A stretch of 62,577 nucleotides of DNA, the filler included. It is 11 parts of 11 records of this genome, joined end to end, with 100 filler letters (N's around TTAATTAATTAA, not from the genome) between each part and the next. Parts side by side here need not be neighbours in the genome. Positions count along the whole stretch, not along the records: positions 38,480 to 47,602 come from SRR15195285_3112; positions 47,703 to 53,443 come from SRR15195285_3116; positions 53,544 to 59,263 come from SRR15195285_3117; 8 more parts are not named here. One strand, given 5' to 3'. Both the position numbers and the translations under genes were made by a program. Numbering within the stretch: the first letter of the stretch is position 1; every line of letters starts with the position of its first letter. This document shows positions 47,301-56,581 of this stretch, in pieces. The notes beneath the pieces were generated by a model. The model saw only the letters and a program-made list of their open reading frames with translations. It made no database searches and had not been told where the DNA came from.

Positions 47301-47602
47301 CGCAACTGTACCTTCTGCTGGATGAGGCTCCTCTGGAACAACGACCGTAGCCTCACACTGAACTTGTCCAGTGGGTGGCGCGGCGTCCTTGCAGATGACG
47401 TTCGCAGGCACCAGGCCTGCAATGGTGACTTCTACATTGTCGCCGAGCGGTTCTGATGCTACAAAAATCAATGTAATCGCGCTATCAATTGTCGCAGGTG
47501 TGTCAAGAGAGAAAAGTGAGACCTCTGACAGCGTCGGGGTAACAGTGTCAATAATCAGGTTGTTGTCCTCCTCTGCATCAGGTGTGCCGTCCCCATCGCT
47601 GT
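41313..47602 (-). CDS. Large single-pass membrane protein: Ig-like ectodomain, TM, TPR array, YfaP/DUF2135-like domain, EF-hands (5' partial)
   Basis: Over 2050 aa. Beta-sandwich repeats (F.ASEPL..V.IAG, Y.DL.GN.G), DADSDG Ca-binding-like loop, TM MLLLLLILLLVVCSCCMLVLCCWC followed by RRR (~46235-46155). Many TPRs (YAAAVAKFQEALQLDP, YTAAVEAYKRAVQLDP). SLMWDNTDDLDLH..LDVDMN..VENIYW..APAGHY. EF loops DLSGAGTLNY and DEDGRG. Confidence 0.78.
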
Positions 47603-47702
47603 NNNNNNNNNNNNNNNNNNNNNNNNNNNNNNNNNNNNNNNNNNNNTTAATTAATTAANNNNNNNNNNNNNNNNNNNNNNNNNNNNNNNNNNNNNNNNNN
47701 NN

Positions 47703-48739
47703 GAGCCAGAGCCAGAGCCAGAGCCAGAACCAAGTGGCAGTGTTCCTATACCTCCCGCTGAGGAAGCGGATTCGGCAGCGCCCCCTCTAGTACAGCTGCG
47801 AGTGCGCCTCGCTGCTGTACCACTGCCACGCCTATGGAAACGGGTGGTCGCCGAAGTCATTGATCTCGCGATAGTGACGTTTCTAACGAGCTTCCTCCTT
47901 GACGACATCGATCTTAGCGAGCTTGACCATGGCCTCCTTATTGTGCGTGGCTGTGCACTCCTGCCCTCTTAGTGGGTGAAGTCTGTTGCGCCCATTCTAT
48001 TGTCCCCGGAATTAATCTTGTCACGGCGAACTTCCTTGTTTTATGCCTCTACATGGCTGCGCAACGGCCGCAGGACTTTATTGATGCCGATTTCCTACCA
48101 GATGATGTGCTCGAAGAAGGAAGCCTGACGATCTTGCAGCTGCTTGAGCTACTGGTGACACGCTCGCACCTCGTGCAGTACCTCATTGCCCAGCATGTGA
48201 TGATCTGCATCTACAACTTGATAATGGTGTACGCCTTCGCCACTACGCTGGGGAAGTATTGTACTGGTGCGTACTCAAATTCTTACGGGTGTAGTAAACA
48301 TCCACGATGGAACTCAACCTGAGAGATGTTTGGCTTGGCAGGCATGCGGGTGATCTCCAACCACACGACTCTTCTTCCGAGTGGCGCAGTGGAGTCCCGC
48401 GGACCGACGCTCATGAACGCAGCTACACGTGCCTTTGCGAAGAGCATGACCTGGCTTTGCGCGATAGTGTTTGTCGCCGCTGCCATCGACCCGAGTGGGC
48501 AGTGTATCCACGATCAGATGGCGGGGACGCTCGTCGTCAGGCGTCCTAGCAGGTATGGGCATGGACGTCGCAGCAGCTCGCGTCAGGTGTCTGTCTGATG
48601 CGTCGTCTTTGTCGCTGCACTGCCATAATTATCGTGCAGGCGTGAGCGAGACGCAGACCTGGACTTAGCCGGGGGGATTGGGCCAGGCGGAGAGGGTCTA
48701 CTGGTTCCGTACGACAGACCGGGCCCCAGGCAACGATGA
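47703..48739 (+). CDS. RDD-family membrane protein (FAM8A1-like), multi-exon, 5' partial
   Basis: Spliced reading gives LWKRVVAEVIDLAIV...TTLGKYCT|GMRVI...AATRAFAKS...QCIHDQMAGTLVV, the RDD signature residues. The last exon (48641-48739) is tentative. Confidence 0.75.
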
Positions 48740-49241
48740 ATCGCCCAAAACAATCCCTCGTTGCGAGTGCGTTCCTCCCACCACTGTCGCGCACAACTGA
48801 AGTTGCGCGAGGGCGCATCCGTGTGCAACGCCACGATGATCATCTAGAGCAGCATCTTGGGAAGTACATTGTTGAGAGTGTACATTACATCAACGATTCT
48901 GTCTCGCGACAAATCATGCAAGGGAATTGACGTCAGTCCTTGGCTTCCGACGCTTTGTGAACACGATGACCTAGACCGCGGGGATGGGGATGGGGATGCC
49001 GATGCATTGCCACATTCGCACATGTGCAGTTAGTTGCTGTAGCGGTCAAAGCGCTGCCGATCGTGCACATTGTATTACCAGGTGCTAGATCTAGTATGCC
49101 CGTATCTTGCTGCATTCATACGGTCTGGCTGTACCTTAAGGTAGCGTGACTGCACAAACTTGCTACCAAGCTAGTACTGGGACTGAACAAGGTAGCTATG
49201 AGAAACTGGGTCAACGCATTTGACAATCAGCTACTACTCTC

Positions 49242-52200
49242 TCATCCTCTAAATCCAGTATGCCCGCCTCCACTCTGCAAGTTGTTTGTCGTGCCAGAGC
49301 GCTGCAAGCCGAAGCCACCACCGCCACCTCCAAATGCTCCGAAGCCAGTAGCTGCCGGCGACTGGCCGAATCCTCCGGCAGCCGGCTGCTGTTGACCGAA
49401 GCCACCACCGAACCCGGGTGCTTGTTGGCCAGCACCAAACCCGCTGCTGCCTCCGAACGTGGGATTCGCCTGAGCTGCAGCCCCAAAAGTGCCTCCGCCT
49501 GCGCCGCCGCTAAACGTCGGATTGGCAGCAGCAGCAGGAGAGCCACCGAAGGTGGGTGTGCTAGCGCTACCACCTGCTGCAGCGAAAGACGCAAATCCTC
49601 CACCCGCCGGGCCGCTGGAGCTCGCAAAAGCGGCGAAACCGCCGCCGCCGCCACCGCCCCCACCACCAATCCCACCACCAATCCCACCGCCTGCAACAGC
49701 ACCAAACCCACTGGCACCAGCCGGCGACCCAAAGCCGCCTCCTGCTGGACTTCCAAACCCAGCGCTCTGCCCGAAGGCGGGTGCGGGTGCGGCCACTACT
49801 GCCGCCAACCCGCCGCCTCCGAAGCCACCTCCTGCCGGACTGCCGAAGCCAGAGCTTTGCCCAAAGGCTGGCGCAGGCGCTGCTGCTGCCGCAGCCAGAC
49901 CACCGCCGCCGAAAGCGCCGCCTCCACCTGTTGCCTCTTGATAAACTTGGAGGCAGTCCAATTGGTACTTTTTCTTCAAGGTGGCCAACACCTGCAGGTA
50001 CGCTTGTTGCTGTGCTGCGTTGGGTTGCATTGGTTGCCCGCCTGCCCCTGCCACCAGCTTTTGCGTCTGCTTCACGACCAATTGCTCTGCCTTTCCCACT
50101 TTCTCTTGGGAGTTCTCCCCTGGAATCACCTGTTTCAAAGCGGGGAGAGGAGAAGAGGTTAATAGGGTTGTTACGATCAGGCAACTACAGTGTGCAGTAC
50201 TATCAACCACCAAGCCTTTTTGCGTGGATATGTCACATGGTGACAGCGGCAACTTGCGTACCTTCGCATAGTACTTGGTCACGATGTCTGTGAATTGTTC
50301 TGCGGTCAACTGGCCAGGCACCGGTGCTTGCGAGCCAACTCCAGCTGCCACACCAAACGCAGAGCCTCCGCTGGGAGCCGCTGGCGAGCCAAATGCAGAG
50401 GAGCTCGCGGCTCCTGTGGACCCAAACGTTCCAAACCCACCACTAGTCGCCGGCGTGGCAGAGGATGCTCCAGCAAAGGCGCCGAAACCGGTAGCAGCAG
50501 GTTTGCCGAAAGTTCCAAACGCACCACTAGATGAAGTGGTGCCAGCAGAAGATGGTGTAGCACCGAACGATCCAAATCCACCACTGCTGCTACCAGTACT
50601 GCTGCTGTCTTGTTTTGCAAGAGTGCCGAATCCAGGCGTTGATGCAGGGTTCGCTCCGAAGCCTCCGAAAGGTGTAGTGGCCGACGCTGACGCGCTAGCA
50701 CTCCCGGTTCCCGAGCCGAAGAGTGACTTTTGCGCAGTGGGCTTGTTTGCGGCTCCAGTCGCTGCCCCGAGTTTTAGGCTGAACGTGCTCTCCTGTCCTG
50801 CTGCGGAACTTGCCGGTGAATTGCCTCCAAACTTCAGCGTCGCCGGGCCATCAGCGCCAGATGCTGAAGGCGACGCCCCTGCGGCCGTTTCCTTCCATAC
50901 CTGTAGACAGTCCAATTTGTACTTGTTCTTGAGGCTGCTCATAACCTTTACGTACGCTGTCTGCTGCGCTTTGTTCTGGTCCATTGGCTGCCTGCCTTGT
51001 GCTGCGTCCCCTGCCACCAGGTGCCGCGTGTTTTTCGCAACCATTTCTTCTGCCCTTGCTGCTTTCGCTTGCGCGTTCTCGCTCGGATTCACTTTTTCGT
51101 AGTATTTGATCACGATGTCCTTGAACTGTGCGGCCGTCAAACGACCAACTACTGGCACTGGCATCACTGGTGACCCTTTTCCACGTGCAGCCGCGGCAGG
51201 TGCAGCCGCTGCAGCCGCTGCAGGTGCAGCCGCTGCAGCCGCTGCTAGGCCACCTAAGCTTCCAAGCCCGCCGCCAGTGGTGCCGTCCGCCGCACCCGGG
51301 GAGTCACCACTGCCTATCTGAAGCGATAGACCTGGTGGCTTGTTCTTGACTTTTGCAACGCCAGGGTTCGGGGTAAACGCATTTGTCGTATCCGCTGCAC
51401 CTGACGAGTTGGACTTCGCGACGTCAGCCCTCAAAGCGTCACCACCTAACGAAAATCCACTGGTGCCGCCACTGCTGGTCTTGGCGGTGGCACTACCGAC
51501 ACTGGCAGGACGCAAGCTCGTGGGCGACGGGGCCGGCGCCAAAGCCGGTGCTGGGGCCAGTCTGACCTTCTCGAGTTTTGGTGGCGTATACGAGACCACT
51601 GGAGGCTGCGGCTCTGGCTCCGGCTCAGGCTCCGGCTCTGGCTGTGGCTGGGTCGTCTTGCTGAACTCACTGAGCTGTATCTTCGGAAGACTTCGAGTGA
51701 AGTTATCTTGACTGTGCACAGCTGGTACAGACGCAATGTTCTTCGCCGGGAGCAGTGCGACAGGTTTATCTGCAGCTGGCTTTGCATAAAGCTTCGCGCG
51801 CCCAGGTTGCGCCTGGGCGAGTTGCGCTTGCAGCCGCGACTGGCGTGCTTCATGTGCAGCAAACTTAGCAGCTTGGTCGGCATCATTGATACCCAGCAGC
51901 GCGACTGCGCTGTTGATAGCGTCTACACCAGATGTGCTGGCATCTGCTTTGGCTTTCGCTTTCGCCACCTCCTCTTTGAGCTCCTCCAGTGCGGCGAGCT
52001 CATTCTTGCTACGAACGGCCCGTGCCTCTATAGACTGCACTGCGTCACGTAGCGCACGTGCGACAGTGGTCTTGTCCGGTACCCCGCTTGCACTGTGTCC
52101 TTCCTTCAGCCCTGCTATCTGTGCCTTCAGATGTGCATCGTCTAGTTTATCCCGAAGTTTTGTCAACTTTCTCAGCGTCTCTTCTAGCTGTGACTGTGCC

Positions 52201-53443
52201 TTGCTTTTGTCATCGGGCGCGCTAGGCGCGACCACACTAGTACTGGAGTCACTGAACAATCCCTTGGCAAGTCCCGCTAGGGTTGCCGCCTCTGCCACCC
52301 ACAAACGGTTCGCCATCGTAGTGAGGTCACTCAGCGCTGAATGGTGCTCCTCGGAAACGTCCGGTACGTTGGCACCCGCTCGTTTCTCAGCGAAGCACTC
52401 CTGCAGCATCTTTTCTCGTGCATCCTTCGAGGATTCTTGCAGCGCTGTGCTTCTTTTCCATAAGTCCACAAAAGGTGGATGCCCTTGCGAAGCGCTCACA
52501 TTCTGGGCCGAGACTACGGCCCGCCGCAAGTCTTGCACGACCGTTGCAGTTGCAGCCTCAACAGCCGCGTTTTCCTTGTGACAAAGCTGCACGTCCACTT
52601 CGCAATGACGCAGCGTCGCTGCCATACGGTACGTGTCCTGCCTCGGTTTATTGTCCTTTAAGAGGAACAACCGGACCGGGTCGATACCGAACTCCTTCAC
52701 CTGAGCGTCACAGAATTTGTCGAATGAAGTCTCGTTCCAGCCCCTGTCTTGCGACGGACCTGGAGGAATCTTGGCTTCACGGAACTCGGTGCTGAAGTAC
52801 GCCATGCACGCCTCTTGAAAGAAAGTGTACATCTGAGTCCATTCGACGTTGTACTTGGAGCGCATGTAGTCGCGCGCGCTATGAAAAGTTGTATGTCCTG
52901 CCTGCTTCAGACTTTCGCGGTAGTTGGCTGGATTGTGTACCCCCTCGAGAAGGAAGTAGTCGATGATGAGACTGCCCAATGCTGAGTCGGGCTTCGCAAG
53001 CTCAATGGCGAGGCGCCCAGTCACCGGTGCCGATGAAACGGCAGTGGATGCAACCGTCTTTGCTTGCTGCAGCGCAGCGGCAGGAACTGGAGGGGGTACT
53101 GCTGGAGGGGGGGCTGGATCCGGAGTCGAAGCCGGCGCGGCGGGCTTACTGAATGCGAAGGCTGGTGCCGCAGCCGCTCCCACACTTGCGATACTGCTGC
53201 CCGTCGCTGGTGAAGAGAAAGTCGGCGCAAGCGCGCTCGCGACGCCTGAGACCGGAGCTGAAGCTGCCGCAGGTTTGGTCGAAAACGGTTTCACGGGTGG
53301 CTTCAAGGAGAAGCCGCCACCGGCACTGGACTTCGTTTCATCGCCTCCTGCTTCAGTGAGAGACGCGCCGAGGCTTCCAAACCCGAACGCCCCACCGGCT
53401 CCACCTGGCACCACGTCCCCAGATGAGCCACTCACCCCAGATG
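49242..53443 (-). CDS. FG-repeat nucleoporin, Nup214/Nup159-like (5' partial)
   Basis: Dense FG/GFG/PAFG repeats over the C-terminal third and a central coiled coil. An in-frame stop-free intron lies at 50130-50261 (GTACGC..ACAG). Ends GGGHTGFRG. Confidence 0.75.
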
Positions 53444-54238
53444 NNNNNNNNNNNNNNNNNNNNNNNNNNNNNNNNNNNNNNNNNNNNTTAATTAATTAAN
53501 NNNNNNNNNNNNNNNNNNNNNNNNNNNNNNNNNNNNNNNNNNNCACGTGAGGAAGAATGGTAACAACCACTAGAGTAGTGTAACCCTAACCGCGGTACGG
53601 CTCTCTCTTGTCTCTAGCACTACCAGTTTACCTTTCAATATTCATAACTTACCGGGTAGGAATCCTACATGTGTATACTACGGTAGGTCGAGTAGGAGAT
53701 CTGGTGCAGCAGGAACGGGATCGCTTGGTTCCTTGTGAGCCGGTGGACGTGAACTCTACCCGGCACCCGTCCGTCAAACTGGGATTACATGACCATGTAC
53801 ATGCATGTGGTTCCGCTGGGAAAAATTGATCCATTTGGGTTGTATCTTGTAAGGTGCCTCAGTGGAACACTGGTGCGGGTGCTCTTTGTGTGTTTCTTGC
53901 CCCTTAACCGTTAACGCTTGGCTTTTAATGCATCCCGCGCTTGATTGTACACACAAGAGCGCGCCAAGTTGGGGGCGGGCGCGCGGCGTGTCCGCACAGG
54001 TCGGAATTTGCAACCGCGCGCGTCACATACACGACTGTACATTGCCATACAGTGTATATAGCACAGCTAGACAGCGCGCGAGCCGGTACACGCGCGCGTG
54101 CAGATACGATGGTGCTCCGGCCACTGGTACAGCAATGAGCAGTGCGCGCCGCGGGCCTGAGCGCCGAGCTCTCGACGCGCGCGCTACGCGTACGCTGCGT
54201 CAGCGCACATAGATAAATCAGCAGTATTCCGCGCGGGT

Positions 54239-56230
54239 ATGCCAGCGGGCGGCAGCAGCAGCACTGGGAGTGGCGTCGCGCCTGAGATCGACAGTCTGGA
54301 GAGGCAGCGTCGCTGGAGCAGTGGCAGCGTAGAGGGCCGCCGCGCCATGGCGGCAGTGAACAGCAGCGTCGGCTGGAGCGGCAGTGCTAGCGAGCAGGTG
54401 CAGGGCGCCACGGACACGCCGTCCTGTGACCAGACCATAGAATCGCAACCTACGGACGGCCGCAATCTGCGTACGTCGATGGCGGTCGCACTGGACGCGA
54501 TTGGTGGGTATGGAGAGGACGAGGCAACGCTTCCCTGCGCTCGAACTATCGACGGCTGGCTGCCTTGCCTCGCGTCCTTCGTTGGCCCCTGCTGCTGCTG
54601 TGTTCGCTCGCACCCTGACAAGGTGTGGGTGCCGTTGGATCTCTTCACCGAGCGAGTGTACCACCGCCCGCTGGCCGTCGTCACCTTTGTGTCATTCACC
54701 TGGCAAGCGTTCGTCGCGTATTTTGTGGCGCTCAGTGGCACAAACCCAACGGCGTTTTCACTGTGTGCTGGCAATATCACGGAAGCCGTGGGTTTCGTGC
54801 AGCAGCGTTCCAATCCTGTCGGCATCATGTTGCTCGGGATTTTGATCTCGCAAACCGGCTATTTTGGACTGGTATTTGCGACACTTATTGGCGCCGGCAA
54901 CTCGCGCTACGAAAAGCGCTGCTGGGCCTGGATCTCACCGCTCGTGGTGGCTCTCAGTTTTGCTGCGACTGCCCCCGCGCTGGATTTGTGCTCACGAGAA
55001 ATCTCACAACAAGGGGACGATGGACCCTTCTCTCTCTACGCGGGCGCCGTATCGAACTACGTGTCCGCTGTCTTCTACGCGGTTCAACTCTGTCTATCAG
55101 TTCTGCTGCTCGTACGGCGGCGCACTAGCTGCAACGGCAGCGGCGATGGTGAGTGGTGTGGACCAATGGAGTTCAGCGAGCCGCTGCCGATTCGACCGTT
55201 GGCTCCTCGCAACCCCACTCCGCAAGGTGCTCTATCGTCTGGCCTGCTAGCTGATTCCACTGACGTGGAACGTCACGAGCAGCAAGAGCAGTTTGCAGCG
55301 GAGTCAGGGAGAGTGGACCGCATTGACGAGCCTCACCGTTTCAACATACCTCTGCGGTTCTGGATCGCTCTCACCCTGTCTGCAACCGTAGTGGGTTTCC
55401 TCGCAGCTATGGGGGGTCTTTACGGAGTTTTTCTCACTGATCGATTGCTAGCGTGGGCCAAGAGTTCCAATGAACAGATCGGAACCGCTCAGGCGTTTCT
55501 GGAGACGCTCACAGGCGAAGATGCATCTGTGGCTTATTTGATCAGTCTTCTGGAGGGAGTCTCTTCCAGCATTGACATCATTGTTGACAATTTCTTCGCT
55601 ATTCGCCCAGCGCTGTTTACTGGGATGCTGTTGGGACTGGTCAACGAAGCCTCGTGGAAACTCGTTGCCTACCGTGATCTCGTGCGTTTTGCGAAGCGCG
55701 CTGCAGAAGAAAGGGTGGAGGTTACAAGTCGCTTTGACTTCTACTGGGGCTTCTACTTCATTTCATTTGCAGCGTTCAATGCGGCGGCTGCCTTCCTGCT
55801 GGTCGCCACGTTCTGTACTTTGCTGTCCTTCACAATCTACGCACCACTCCTCCGACAGCAGCTCTGGTTTACGCTGTTGCTGTCCTCGAGTCTTGGGTCG
55901 CTCATTCTTGGCGCGATTGGTCGGAAAGTGCTTTTCACTGGCGTCGTTTCCACCAGAAACACCCTACGGTATCATCGTTTTTTTCGGTGGATGGACTTCG
56001 CGTACTCATTCACGCTGGGTCCGTTTTCTGCTGTCGCGAGTGTCGTCCTGCGATATTGCCTGCTGCTTCTATGCTCGCTCTCGAGTCTTGCGCGGATTGA
56101 CCAGCCGCTTATTCTACCGGAGCTCAGGGAGCTTGGGCTCGATGTCTGGGAGCCAGTGTTTGCGGCGTGGGGAGGCATGCTAAAGGCGCACTATCATGCA
56201 GATCTACCAGGTATGCATCTACGCAAGTGA
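54239..56230 (+). CDS. STRA6-like (RBP-receptor family) multi-pass membrane protein
   Basis: About 9 hydrophobic segments. FNIPLRF before a TM, and C-terminal LRYHRFFRWMDF..GPFSAV..R..LARIDQP..D..FAAWGGML..HYH, resemble the conserved STRA6 C-terminal region. The 3' end may be spliced at 56211. Confidence 0.6.
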   Translation: MPAGGSSSTGSGVAPEIDSLERQRRWSSGSVEGRRAMAAVNSSVGWSGSASEQVQGATDTPSCDQTIESQPTDGRNLRTSMAVALDAIGGYGEDEATLPCARTIDGWLPCLASFVGPCCCCVRSHPDKVWVPLDLFTERVYHRPLAVVTFVSFTWQAFVAYFVALSGTNPTAFSLCAGNITEAVGFVQQRSNPVGIMLLGILISQTGYFGLVFATLIGAGNSRYEKRCWAWISPLVVALSFAATAPALDLCSREISQQGDDGPFSLYAGAVSNYVSAVFYAVQLCLSVLLLVRRRTSCNGSGDGEWCGPMEFSEPLPIRPLAPRNPTPQGALSSGLLADSTDVERHEQQEQFAAESGRVDRIDEPHRFNIPLRFWIALTLSATVVGFLAAMGGLYGVFLTDRLLAWAKSSNEQIGTAQAFLETLTGEDASVAYLISLLEGVSSSIDIIVDNFFAIRPALFTGMLLGLVNEASWKLVAYRDLVRFAKRAAEERVEVTSRFDFYWGFYFISFAAFNAAAAFLLVATFCTLLSFTIYAPLLRQQLWFTLLLSSSLGSLILGAIGRKVLFTGVVSTRNTLRYHRFFRWMDFAYSFTLGPFSAVASVVLRYCLLLLCSLSSLARIDQPLILPELRELGLDVWEPVFAAWGGMLKAHYHADLPGMHLRK

Positions 56231-56581
56231 AGCTCCGAATGAGCCGTACATTGACCGCCGTGGCGCTTCGTCTGAATAAGTCGGTACTCAGGAATGCCTG
56301 GGTACGCGCCATCTTGAGATGAGTACACGCCATCTTGAGATGAGGTTGGTTGACACCATCATTGTCACAATCATACGAGGTGATCTGATGCATATCTATA
56401 AATGTGATTGCGAAGAAAAGCAGTACAACTGTGCTGTTGCGTGCTCGGCGTGCGCCTGGTAGTAGATGCGACTACGCATAGTGTACCCACTCTTTAGTGG
56501 ATTCGAATGCAAGTCTCTGCAAATCACCATCGCCTTCCATATTTATTGAAATGCCAAGGTGCTGATTGAACACTGCAATAG

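Noticed and set aside
49211-53499. Multiple Pro/Ala-rich + strand ORFs
   Set aside because: Antisense shadows of the Gly/Ala-rich nucleoporin.
53581-53591. TAACCCTAACC telomere-like motif near a contig start
   Set aside because: Fewer than two full units; compatible with chance.
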